Assembly (NCBI RefSeq): GCF_964355755.1
Contig: NC_092673.1
Coordinates: 20,953,648 to 21,017,647 of the forward strand
Length of the DNA: 64,000 bases
Origin: Antedon mediterranea
Lineage: Eukaryota; Animalia; Echinodermata
Direction of reading: 5' to 3'
Under the pieces are notes generated by a model. That model was not told where the DNA came from. It saw nothing but the letters and a program-made list of their open reading frames with translations, and did no database searches. A program made the translations under genes and the position numbers. Below, in pieces: positions 13,231 to 26,030 of the stretch. How positions within the stretch are numbered: the first letter of the stretch is position 1; every line of letters starts with the position of its first letter.

Positions 13231-15191
13231 ATAATAGGGCCTAATAATAATAATTCTGTTGAAGGGCAACACAATAACAACATGAGCAAGGTGCCTTTAG
13301 TTTGATGTTATATGCCCTATTAGAACGGTCTTCTCTAGATTTTCCCCAAGTCTGTAGTTTTTTCGAAGCTTTTCGATGTTTGTCTGAAATACAAGCCCAA
13401 GTAGTACACGTATGAAACGCCATGTGTGCCAAAATATTAAGTCAAAACTCCGGACTAGTTCTTCCCATGGAATATTCGTCTATGCGAAAGAATGATTTTA
13501 ATGATGGAAGATGGAATTAGAAAATATAATATTATATGTGCATAACTGGAAGTGAGAAATGCAATTAATGGTCTGAACAATATTAAAAATATTATGTATA
13601 ATAAACATGAGATTTTGATTAGGAAATTTTAAGTAATTACGAATACATTATATTACAATCTTAAATAATAATTAATCACTTTATTCATCTTAAATCTAAG
13701 GACTACCTTAATATTATCCAGACTATCTGATGATAGAAAGCTATTTGCGAACTGATCTAAGATTAAATTTTCATTAACTAGCCTTTTTGAACGAAAAAAT
13801 ATAATTTTATAAATTTATACTCTGGAGATTTGTTTGGCATTTATAGATGTTATGAATCGGTTTCCAAGGCATACTTAACCGAGTTGACTTTTTGCAAGGA
13901 GGGTGAAAACAACTTTCATAAAGTAGTTTAATAAATTACTACCGAGAATTCTGAAATAGCTTTTTATTAATATTAATTGTACATTCGTTGTAAATCTCAG
14001 AGATGTTGTTTATTTTTCAAATAGAGAAATGATTTCGTATGATCCAATGCAGAGAGAAGGAATCAGTTGAATGAGTATTAGCAGTTTAGATCGGCTATTG
14101 TATGCAACATACGTAAATCAGGCTATTAAATCTCTTTTACATTCTCAGATGAGATATTTGTGTTTCTTTTTTCTCTCAACATTGTTCGATAGAATAGTTA
14201 ATGATCAGAAAAGTGAAATTAAATACAATATCATACACCTTTTCCAGTTATAGGGGAAATGGCAAATTCAGCACTGTAATCAAGAGTTGTCTGATTATCT
14301 GATAAAAATCCTAGAAAGTAGTAAACCTTTGCCATTTTCCCCCTGACTGTGTCATTTATTCTGCATACCTAAACGTACCTAACTTCTAAGACAACACAAC
14401 ATTCTTAATCGTGTATTTTTTTTCAGTTAATAGATGATAAGAGGTGAAATGTCAAAGAAAATGTAAAATAAAGTCATAAACATTTGCCCTTAAGTATAAA
14501 GTCTAAATATCTAAACATTAAGCACGATGTTAATATTCTATTTAGCCTAAGATCGTTCAGTTTCTATTGGTAAACGTTTAATAAGCCGTGGATAAACTGG
14601 TTAAGTGCTCCTATTAAATATAAGTTGAGTAATTGAGATGATGTTAAGTAGTAGTGATGGATGATTGCTGGTAGCAATATTACAAGTGTTGTAATTAGTA
14701 CCATGAACGCATTAATAGAAAAATCCTCCTACTCACTGACAGATTAAAAAGACTTTATAAACTATACTATTTAGTTAGCACAATTTGTTTAGCAGAGATA
14801 CAATTAAACCGAAGATTTGAACGACTTTAGATGGATTAGTATTTGCTTATTTATTGCCGATAAAAAACTACAACAAGTAGCAGATGCTGAACTTAACTGT
14901 ATTCAGGATATAGAAAAATATAAAAGCTTAAAAAATAATAATTTAAAACAACTGCGCACGTACAAAGTTGATCTGATTATAATGCAATAATCTGTGTAAC
15001 GTAATTTAATTTCTCTCTCTCTCCCCCGCCCCCTTTTTTCTTTCCTTTTTCAAGGTGCAATATCAGAAGAATTCGGCTGAGATGTCTCAATTTTGTCATT
15101 TGCAATTTTGTTAACAACTCAACTTCCATTTTAATCCTTATTTCTGCAAAAGTTAGCCATGAATGAAAAGTGTGTTTCCTTCTTTCTCACT

Positions 15192-15362
15192 ATCTCATCA
15201 CCACATCATCTCATCATCTCATCATCTCATCACCACATCATCTCATCACCACATCATCTCATCATCTCATCATCTCATCACCACATCATCTCATCATCTC
15301 ATCATCTCATCATCTCATCACCACATCATCTCATCACCACATCATCTCATCACCACATCATT
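15192..15362. repeat. Compound 8-mer microsatellite (catcatct / catcacca)
   Basis: Directly visible; it explains the three overlapping His/Ser/Ile-rich ORFs. Confidence 0.9.
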
Positions 15363-15719
15363 ATCCTCCAGTTCATATTGTGTGCATAATCAGCTCAGAG
15401 TTCAACTGACAGCTTTGCCAGTTTATATTTAATTTGGCTGAAGTAAACATATTTTGTATTAACAATATCATTTTATTTGGTTAGCTTAAGCTCCATCCAC
15501 ACTATCAAACTTTATGTGACATCAAAATGTGATGTGACCATATATGGACACGATGATGTCCTATCACTGCCATATTTGGGCATATCACTAATATTTTTGT
15601 CAAACTAGTTTGATAGTGCAGATAAGCATTCAAATATTTATTTTCTTATTTTCGATATTGTATAAACATCGATAAAGATTGCGAACCTTTTTTATTTATT
15701 TTATTTATTTATTTTATTT

Positions 15720-16020
15720 TTTATTTAAAACATATTTAGGCAGGATAACATAATTCAGAAAAGAAAAGATCACAACATTTCTGTTTTTTCAATATGGTCC
15801 TGCAATAACTATAAACAAATATAACAATCAGTAAATATAGAACGTTAATAAATTATTTTTTTAAGAAATGCTTTTTATAATTAATTTTAAAACTATTTAC
15901 AGACAAACTTTCTTGAATTTTTACAGGGATCTTATTCCAAGCTTTTGCTCCTGCAATCTTTAGCGATCCGTTCATTAATACATTTGTACTTTCAATAATC
16001 AGTACAGATTTAGGCCTACA
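15720..16020 (-). mobile_element. Short 3' LINE remnant
   Basis: GAKAWNKIPVKIQESLSVNSFKINYKKHFL is the usual C-terminal ORF2 motif, followed by an A-rich (taaaa)n tail. Confidence 0.6.
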
Positions 16021-17040
16021 TAGAAAAAAAAACAACGTTCATTTGAACTATATATTGGATTATTTGTATGCATAATATTATTTCAGAAAGACTTACGTCT
16101 GTCGTTGTAAATTATAGGCTACGTTCAAATTGGACAATAACATCGCGCGTTTTTTATTATCATTATATTGCCATGAGTTGACAAATCGTCTAAAGTGCCT
16201 TTAAATTTGTAGTTAACGTAACCGGTATTTGTGACAATAATTTGTAAAGAACAATTATAATTAATCTCTTAAAATTGATTGATTATTTCTCATCAAGTTT
16301 GTTTCCAAGAATTTGGGTAGTTAAATCACAAGTTGAGCACTTTCAGGATGGGTGAAATTCATCAATAAACAATTAAAATGTCGTTTCTAAGATTCACATG
16401 CAATTCACATGATTTGCCCATCCGGTGGACATGAAGTGCATGGCTATTTAAATACAACGACTGAAATCATACCACTGTCACCCTATAACTTATTAACAAA
16501 ACACTCATCTCCGCCGCTCGAGTTTGAGGGTGTTTTTTGCAATTCAATTATTTTCTATGCAACTAAATCAACTAAATGTATTAATGTGATGACGATATTT
16601 GTAAAAAAAAAACCGCATTCCTCATCCCATCCGGAAATCCTGTATTTACGACTAATTAATAATCATTTAAAACTGTCATTAAACATATTAACAACACGAA
16701 ATTTATCTTCGCTCGAGATTTTTCTATTTCTTAATCTTTATAAACTAAATTTATTGATGTGATGACGCTATTTCTACAGTAATAAATTGCTTTCGAATTC
16801 GTTGATTGCTTTGTGAGAGGCAATAGTCTATATATCATGCTGTACATATTCTATGAATATGTGAAATTAACTCATGATACAACTTCATTTTAATCGTGAC
16901 GTCATTTTACATTCAATACACTCCATGTTTGGCTTGAGATGGTTAAATTTAGACGTACCCGTTGTTAGCTTTGTTCAATGTTGTAATAATAATAAAAAAG
17001 TAGGTACTTTTATGCCGTGAGCAGGGGTTTTATCTGTCAA

Positions 17041-17554
17041 TAGGGAGGTTTCTCAACCTTACGAATACGATAACGAAAACGGATACGTCATACATTTGTG
17101 AAACTCTTGAGCTGATCCCCATTTCATATTCGTATAGCGTATTCGTGTTGATTGACGAACATCACCAGTCATATTCGTAACTACAAAATGAGTCTAGTTT
17201 TTGATCTATTTTGCACATTTTGCATTTGAATCAGGAATGATTCATGATTATAATATAATTATAGATTTATTGAAAGTAATTTACTAAAGTAATTTACTTA
17301 AATGCCAAGTAAATTTTGATAAATAGCAGTTTTTAAAGTCCTCACTCGCTTTGATGTTACGCTAGGCCTAGACAGCCAAGCACCAAGCAACACGTACATG
17401 CGCTTCGCTCAAATTTACCGCAGTCATATTTTGGACGCGCCTCAATATTTCGTTGCCATGCGAAACAGATTTTTTTATGACTTACGAAAACGAATACGTA
17501 TGCGTGACGTATCCGTTTTCGTTATCGTATTCGTAAGATTGCGAAACCTCCCTA
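17041..17554. mobile_element. Non-autonomous DNA transposon with about 50-bp TIRs (PIF/Harbinger-like)
   Basis: tagggaggtttctcaaccttacgaatacgataacgaaaacggatacgtca ... tgacgtatccgttttcgttatcgtattcgtaagattgcgaaacctcccta. Confidence 0.8.
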
Positions 17555-19312
17555 ATATGGAATTTAACCAATTAACAAAAGTAGAAGCGAAACCAGGGAT
17601 AGAGCGCGCACTAACCTCTTTGACAGTTAAATCATTCTTACACACTATTATTGTACATGATATGACCCTTAGGGGAGCAGAATGTTGTTAAAATGGTGTA
17701 ACATCTAAGTCCACAGTGCTCTGATCTTCATGAAATAGCGCTATATAAATGTCGCATTATATTACATAATCTAAAACTTATTGTCAATGGCTACAAGATG
17801 TCTATATGTGGACAGTTATTTAACCAGTATACCAGTAATTAATATATGTGTTAATCATGGATCCACCCCTGCCTGTAAAGAATCTAAGATATCTGATTTA
17901 ATCAAACTTAAAGAATGCCTCATCAGACGCATGCCATAAAGTTCACGTGCGTTTTCATCTTCATGTAATTTCGCCAAAAAATGTACACGTATAGTATACA
18001 TTATTTTGGGCTAGGTTGGTGCGTTCTTTTTTTTTTTCAAAATGTGTAATTCACTTTTTATACAAATTCACTGTTCGTGTCTAATCTATTGCAAGTAAGT
18101 TTGATTTTAGAGCTTGCGATTATATCATAGTGATGTAATGGATGAATTCCTTTTAAGATATAAATATCAATAATTGACATTGCTGAGCCACGTCGACCTG
18201 TTATGATGAACGGTGTGCTCATTACACTTGTCTTAGCAGATGTTTTGCACACACGTATGGCAACAAGTAATATAAAATTTCGATTACGACTGAATAATCA
18301 ACCTTTAGGTCTTATGTCAAGAAGGTTTTTAAAATACCCTTGAAAGGGAAGATTGTTTTGTTATTCTAGTCATGTATTGTACAGTTTCGTCTTTCCTCTC
18401 GTCATACGTTTCGAGATTTTCAACTTGAATATTACAAATTGAAAAGGTTGAGGAATTGATTTCAAGACCGTTCCATTACCGAACCAGAAATTAAGAAATA
18501 TAGTCGATAAAGCTAAATTATTGTCAGAATGAAATTGTATAATGTTTTAAAAAAGATTATCTGAAAGTACTAAAAGATCTTTCTACTTAAAAGATAATAA
18601 AAGCAATAAATCGGAGGCCAGACATCAACATTAAAATATCCGTATAATATATTAATGATAATATTTGTGAGGGTGAAAATGAAGGGTAATTCATTGTCCG
18701 TAACCTGATATACGCCATCCATTGTTTGCCTTAAACATGATTAAACATAAAAAAGCATTATCGATTTCGGTTATTAAGCATTTATTTGTTACAATACATT
18801 ATGTTGCGCGAACCAGCTTCTTAAATACATAGCAATGATACTGAGAATCAATACATTGATTGCAACATTAACCAAGTGCTTTTAGAAAGTTATATTAGCC
18901 CTACTAGTCAATAATATCATTTTTGCTCCATAGGTACGTTTGTTTTCCATGATATTGATTCCTTACCCCTGATAGTCGTCCTAGTTTTTAGCTCGAACGA
19001 CACAATTTAATGTCTAACGGCTAATTTACATATACGAGCAGTAACGGTTAGTGGAAAACCGCCCGTCCGTCCGCTCAGCGTTTTGTGTAAATGGTTATAA
19101 AGAATAAAATAGATTATATTTAAACTGTACACCATTATACGTGCGTGAGATACGTTTAATTTTATGTGGTCTTATTTTTAGTTCAGAAATGTTCTAATGT
19201 ATCTTATTTATGTTCATTTTTAGAAAAATATCGAATCCCGTCACAATATAGCCTATAGAAATTTATGAGATTTTGTCCAAACATTTCTGACAATTTTCTT
19301 TTTCTTTAAAAG

Positions 19313-20251
19313 GTTGTTGGAACATGGAATCTTGGAATAAGTATATGCTTAACCTATCTGACATTAGATGTGTTACTGTGTACAGCTTCAATTTTACATT
19401 TGTGCGCTATTGCTGTTAACCGCTATCTAGCCGTTACCTTTCCGTTACTCTATTCAAGAGACAGAGTGAACTCTCGTTCCCGTATACTAGGAACTATAAT
19501 CCCAGTATGGATTGTATCACTGGGAATTTCATTACCTCTGTTTGTTCAGGGGGCTCTCAATCCACAGAACGTTCTTCGAGAAAATGTGTGCGGTTACTTT
19601 GATCGAGCATTTGTTATATATTCTTCAATGTGTTCTTTCTATCTACCGTTAGCCATCATGGTCGTCGTAGACGTTCGTGCCGTACGTAAACTACGTGGAC
19701 GTAATCTACGTCTGTCTTTAAAATTAGCGGCCCGATCGACTAGCGCTCAACCGATGCTTGACGGTAAAGGAGAAGCGGGTTCTTCAAATTCCAACGGTTA
19801 CAATTACACAATGCGCCGAGCCACGCGTGCAAGTATAAGCGCAAGTAAGTTAAGTTCAGGACGGAATTCTGCGATAAGTGGCGAGTCTGAAAAACGCAAT
19901 ATGAAAGTTTTAACGAGTAAACGTGAACGCAGAGCAGCGAAAACATTAGTCTTGGTATTCGTATTTTTTGTGGTGCTTTGGTTGCCGTTTTTTGTGATGC
20001 ATCTAACGACAGCGATATGTGGCACGTCTTGTAACCCACCAGAGGAACTCTTCATTATCTTTACGTGGTTAGGTTACGTATCGTCAGCCATTAATCCTTG
20101 CATATACACCATGTTAAATATGGATTTTAGACACGCGTTCCTGCGCATATTGTGCTCCAAGCGCAGTCCACATTATCCTCGACAGACCGAGACTTCAACT
20201 AGCGTTATGTATACGTTAAAGGCAAGTTTCCGTTTCCGAGACAGTGGATAA
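19313..20251 (+). CDS. Terminal coding exon of a class A aminergic GPCR, most similar to D2-like dopamine receptors; TM1-TM2 exon(s) not found in the window
   Basis: Acceptor ttttctttaaaag|GTT at 19313 is in frame with the 19370 ORF and gives VVGTWNLGISICLTYLTLDVLLCTASILHLCAIAVNRY (D3.32 present). TM5 FVIYSSMCSFYLP has three catechol-type serines, IL3 ends KRERRAAKTL, TM6 LWLPFFVMH has H6.55 as in D2, TM7 is WLGYVSSAINPCIY, helix 8 is DFRHAF, stop TAA ends 20251. Confidence 0.9.
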   Translation, partial: VVGTWNLGISICLTYLTLDVLLCTASILHLCAIAVNRYLAVTFPLLYSRDRVNSRSRILGTIIPVWIVSLGISLPLFVQGALNPQNVLRENVCGYFDRAFVIYSSMCSFYLPLAIMVVVDVRAVRKLRGRNLRLSLKLAARSTSAQPMLDGKGEAGSSNSNGYNYTMRRATRASISASKLSSGRNSAISGESEKRNMKVLTSKRERRAAKTLVLVFVFFVVLWLPFFVMHLTTAICGTSCNPPEELFIIFTWLGYVSSAINPCIYTMLNMDFRHAFLRILCSKRSPHYPRQTETSTSVMYTLKASFRFRDSG

Positions 20252-23117
20252 AATACGCGAGGGCGTGCGTAAGCGCAACGCGGTCACTTAACCAATCACA
20301 AGCGATTCGAGCTGTCGCTTGTCATTGGTTTAATAGCTTGTTTTGCATCACTGGGGAACGACGCTTAATATAACGTTTGCATTTGTATCTGTTGTGCACA
20401 CGTGCTGATACGGCACGTACACGCGCGAGTGTGTGAAACGTAGGCCTATGTGTGAAATACTGTATTGTGATAAGTGCGCGTTTTTGCCTAGACGAAAATG
20501 ATTATGCATTATGGAACTAGATACAACATAGACAACGCGAAATCACCATTGGGAACATACTTATTGACAATTGTCATTACCATCATTCAATTCAATAATA
20601 GAAGACGTTTTATCCTTATTACCGAGTAAAATGCGTACTACGATGACGTCAGATGTGTACATAAGATTACATTCAGTACATTTAGTGGATAGTTTTAGTG
20701 TACTGAAAAATGAGTTTGTTAGCAATCATTGGATATAGTATACTGCATAAAAAAAAAACGTGCATCTTTCGTGGATCAAAACAGTACAATGTAAAACAAA
20801 AGCATTGAATATAGCCTACTATGAATCCCTTTGTTTGTTTAAGCTTGCTTCCTACTAGGACGTAACGCAACGCAAGCGAGTTGACCAATCACACGCGACT
20901 GTTTTGATTGGTCAAATCACTTTGAGTTGCGTTACGTCCTTGCGTTGCGTCCTAGTGGGAACCAAGCTTGAGACAATTATTTTGCATAATTATAACTTTT
21001 GATTTACGTCGTTAATTTGTATTTAAAGATTATGAAATCTAAAGCTTGGTTCCCACTTGGACGCAACGTAAGGACGTACACGCAACGCAAGAGATTTGAC
21101 AAGCGACGACAGTTCGAATACTCCATCGCTTGTGATTGGTCAAATCCCTTACGTTGCGTTACATCATTGTATTGCGTCTCTAGTGGGAACCACGCTTTAG
21201 TAGTAGATGTATATAAAAATAATGTCTAAATTATTACTGTATATGTGACGTTATAATAGCAAAATAGCAATGATGTTTCATGTAACCCCAATAGACCGCC
21301 GGCATACACGATTAAGACAGCCTCAAATAGAGACCGACCATTACAGACCGCCTACATCTACTAATTGCAAGACCAACTGCCAATGCTATTCGCACTGATT
21401 TACAGACATACGACTTTCCTTTAATGACAGAAAATAAAAAATAACATAAATGACATGGACTTAGTTCTAATATATCGACAGACCAATTGAACAAGACATG
21501 TGGACTTGAACGCTTGAACATGGTGGACAATGATATACATTTCAGGCAACCCCGACCAACGGACTGACGGATTTACCAGTGCACTTGGGTAATGACATAC
21601 TGCCTGACCGATGACTGAGAGAATTAGTTATTGTTTAAGCCTAGACTACACTAGCAAACTTTTCCATTGTTTTCTTTGTAAATTCAGAGTGCTGAAGTTT
21701 GCAAACAAAGTTTGCTATGTGTGGACTAGGCTTCGATAACTGTGATTTCGTAGTATTCAATATCGCTTAAAATATTAATTTTCTTCCATTATTAATAATG
21801 TCTTCTGTATAGGCTAAATATAATATAAGCCTTTTGGTAGTAAACACCAGTCACAAATTTACGATTAAAAATGAATTACTGGTTTACTATTATTTTGGAA
21901 CGCCAACATAATATAATGTTATATGGTCACCCAGGACAGAAAAAAAACAGGTACTGTAGAAAAATTCAAACGCATGTTTAGTTTGCGTTGGCACGCCGCA
22001 CTCGTCGTACTGTCGTTGTAACCAATTGTGAACGCGTGTACTTTAGCAAGAATGATGACGCACATTTTTGCGCCATTAGTGGTTGTGTTAACTGTGTGTT
22101 ATAATACTATATATGTGTAAAGACAAAACTTAACCGTATATTATACTATCGATCAATTAAGTGCTTTTATCGTTTCCGTAATAACTGCTAAATATGGTTG
22201 TGTTGCATTGAAATTGTTCATTTAATGACAATTAAGGAGTGATCAATACGTTTTATAATTGTAGCTTTTTAAAAATTCAATGATGGAATAATAAACTGAA
22301 ACGTGATTTGTGATTGTTTGCAGCAGCGCGTATCGTCTGCTAGTCAGCTGCAGGTTACGCATCCAATCAATGGCTTTTGTTAAAAGATTGATGCTTCAAT
22401 TTTGAACACAATTATAATAGTATGTGAAATGTGTAAAAATAGATGAATTTTATTCAAGTGAACTATTGGTATACCTTCAAGATTTTATGAATTATTAGTT
22501 CATAGTTTTTCGTTTAGTGTCTCTTTGATTGGTTGATTTTATTCCACGTATAGGCCTAACGTATAACCAATTACAAATTGACAATTACGATAATCCGTCG
22601 ACTGTTATTGGTCAAATTACGTGCGGCCTAGAGGTTTATTTGGCCTTTTGAGCATAAACTACTAGGTGTGTAGGCCTATCTAAACTTGGTTTCGATTTAA
22701 AAAAAAATGAAATGAGGAGTATTCAATGTGAATGGTGCTAGGTGTGAAGAGGGGGATTATTAGCATTTTTTGTTCATGTTTATATTTTTTTATGATTTAA
22801 TGGGATTTATTTATTACTAACGGAAACCTTTCATTTAATACTGAAACTTTAAAAATGATAAATTTAATATATAAGTTATATTATACAATATTATATAATA
22901 TCTATTTATTGAAGATGTTGTTATATAAGTATTTTTTTGTAAATTGATGATATATAAGTTATGTGGTGTATTGTAGAAGTTAAATCGAAGAAAACATTCA
23001 GAAGTGTTTGTTAAAAATCTGGGAAGATGTTTTTGTGTAAAGCTTAATTCACACACTAGTACGTAATGCAAAAAAATATAATTGCGCAACGCAACAATCA
23101 CGATGTCGTTGCGTCTT

Positions 23118-23282
23118 AAGCTCTGTCTACACTATCAAACTTTGTGACAAAAAAATGTGATGTACCCATATATAGACATGATGATGTCATATCACTACCA
23201 TATTTAAGCATATCACTACCATATTTGGGCGCGCTCATCAAACTTTTGTTGTCAAACTAGTTTGATAGTGTAGACAGAGCTT
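23118..23282. mobile_element. MITE family B, representative copy (about 140-165 bp)
   Basis: TIRs aagctctgtctacactatcaaact...agtttgatagtgtagacagagctt with TTA/TAA flanks. Other copies at about 2148-2287, 2890-3016, 15488-15628, 30226-30330, 32620, 34780-34888, 35211-35372, 36564-36690, 40994-41138, 52554-52689, 54895-55033, 57268-57402 and 58530-58676. Confidence 0.9.
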
Positions 23283-23830
23283 AGTGGAAGCTTAAAAGCC
23301 AAATCAAAGGTTTATACTTAATATGTCTATTGGAGAAAACAATGTTGTATAGGCCTATTGCTATAATTTTAAAATTGTTAAAACACTTATAATTTTATAC
23401 TGAATGGTTATCACTATGTGAATATTGTACAATGGCTTTTATTATTTGCTTGTGAAAACACCCACCGTTGTTTATAATGAATGTCTTTCAATCAGATGGT
23501 TTCTGAATCTTTCTCTTTGTGCGCATGTCTAACAATATAAGGTGAAACCAATAAGCTGCGTAGTATGAAGCGCCGTAAGCAACAAGCGTTTGTTGAATAC
23601 AAATGAGAAATCGATGAGAAGACAGGACACATTGGCGAAAACATCAATCCAAATCACAAGAAAATGATACTTTTACTACGTAATTGCGCCCAGTACCGGT
23701 ACGAGTTCTATTGAAAATGTACATTTTTAATTTCTTTTTATTATGGCATTTCTTTGTTACTACATACGAGGTGGGTGCAACGCGACAACGTAGGCGCGTC
23801 GCAAGTATAGTTTGACCAATTATTTCAGTT

Positions 23831-23992
23831 CAGTGGGCGTAATGTCTAAACCTAGGGCCCCTGAGCTTATCGGCGGAAGAGCAGCACCACGAGAAAAAAA
23901 CAAAATATGCCGAAAAGGCTAAAAACGCCCGATGCCTCCAGCGTTGTATGGTTCCTAAACCAGGGGCCTCGGGCATCTGCGTTACGCCACTG
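23831..23992. mobile_element. Short dispersed element with cagtg(g)gcgtaa / ttacgccactg termini; copies at about 37095-37254 (reverse) and 53300-53480
   Basis: All three share ggttcctaaacca(g)gggcctc and aaaaggctaaaaac motifs. Confidence 0.65.
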
Positions 23993-24896
23993 TCTTAGTT
24001 GAGTTCTACGCCGTTGCGGTCCTCTATATCAACTTTTAATTATACCATCATTACATCATTGATCTCCAGATTACAAACCAATATCGTGACTATGATATAT
24101 CACCTAATGTATTAAATAGTGTACAGTGTAGAATTGTTATTCAGCAGTTGGTTGCACATTTACTTAATGTATTGGTTAAATTAGCAGGTGGATTTAACCA
24201 ACAAACATGGCTGCAACCCTCGGGCAAGTTCACGTTATTGAGTTATACAACACGATCAAGACGTATTATAGAAATATAAATTCGAAATTTATCCCTTTTT
24301 TTAAACCAGTATAGCTCGGGCAGCACTTTGCAGAATTATTATGCGCTAACATGTGCTCGTATATTGCGTTATCATATTAATTTGTCCTCACTCATGAGGA
24401 CGATCAAAGCATTGATCAAAACGTAGACAAAACTCAACAGTTCTTTTCAGAACTTATATTCGTGGTGGACCGCAAACTTTATATAAACATATTCATTTTG
24501 ATCCAAATGTTGGCCTACAAATGAGACTCAGACTCAAACTTTAGATCAATGTTTTCAATTGATAGATAGTACCTGGCATAAGAAGTTATAGTACCGCATC
24601 CATAGGAATCTTTACATCCAGCTGGATATGCAATGTCCACGGACATATATTACCCTTTCATCTTATTTGTATGGCACCCCGCTCTCTCCTTTGAAGGCCC
24701 TGTATCGAGTTTATTACGTTTATTGTTCCTTTTGAGTAGGCCTACAACTTACCAATTACAATACCTTCAATTTGCTGAAACATAGAGTGATAGCTATAAT
24801 ACATGATCTTGATTGTATTATACCTAAGGCCTGTTAGAGAATTTCATTTAACGAAATTCAATATCTTTCGTGTGTATTTTACAGTTCCCTGCGAGT

Positions 24897-26030
24897 TTAA
24901 ACGAATTATTCATTACAACAAAATTACAGCCAAAGGAAAATAAACATTAATTGGTTGATGAGATCAAGGGTAGCTCTAGCTATCTATCAAATTAGAAAGT
25001 AAATATTCAAAGTAGTGGGGAGGGGTGAGCTTCTGGTCATGTACGTAGGGTGTAGGTTGTGATGAAGGATCATACAACGATAATGAATAGGACAAAGATG
25101 GTGATGATAATCAAGGCATCATGTGATGATTATGACGATTAAGATTACGTCGACAAAGACGACGAGAAGGAGGACAAAGATAGTATGATGGCGATGATAA
25201 TCGATCAGGGCAAAGATAATCATGTGATGATGATTATGACGATTACCTCGACAACGACGAGAAGGAGGACAAATATAATATGATTATGATGATGATGATA
25301 ATCAATGCAAGTATAATCATGTGATGATAATTATGACGTCGACAAAGACGACGAGAAGGAGGACAAAGATAGTATGATGGCGATGATAATCGATCAGGGC
25401 AAAGATAATCATGTGATGATGATTATGACGATGACGTCGACGAAGACGACGAGAAGGAGGACAAAGACGAAGAGAAGGACAAAGATAGTATGATGACGAT
25501 GTTAAACGAATTATTAATTACAACAAAATTACAGCCAAAGGATAATAAACATTAATTGGTTGATGAGATCAAGGGTAGCTCTAGCTATCTATCAAATTAG
25601 AAAGTAAATATTCAAAGTAGTGGGGAGGGGTGAGCTTCTGGTCATGTACGTAGGGTGTAGGTTGTGATGAAGGATCATACAACGATAATGAATAGGACAA
25701 AGATGGTGATGAAAATCAAGGCATCATGTGATGATTATGACGATTAAGATTACGTCGACAAAGACGACGAGAAGGAGGACAAAGATAGTATGATGGCGAT
25801 GATAATCGATCAGGGCAAAGATAATCATGTGATGATGATTATGATGATGACGTCGACGAAGACGACGAGAAGGAGGACAAAGACAAAGAGAAGGACAAAG
25901 ATAGTATGATGGCGATGCGGATGATAATCAGGGCAAAGATAATCATGTGATGATGATTATGACGATTACGTCGACAAAGAAGACGACGAGAAGTAGGACA
26001 AAGATAGTAACCGTAAATGATGACGATATG
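24897..26030. repeat. About 605-bp tandem duplication containing a degenerate GAT/GAC-rich simple repeat
   Basis: ttaaacgaattatt..attacaacaaaattacagccaaagga starts at 24897 and again at 25502, and the following sequence is nearly identical. Confidence 0.9.

Noticed and set aside
15159-15432. Three overlapping His/Ser-rich ORFs
   Set aside because: By-products of a stop-free 8-mer microsatellite.
19740-20055. Antisense ORFs overlapping the GPCR exon
   Set aside because: Shadow ORFs of a real coding exon with no recognisable motifs.
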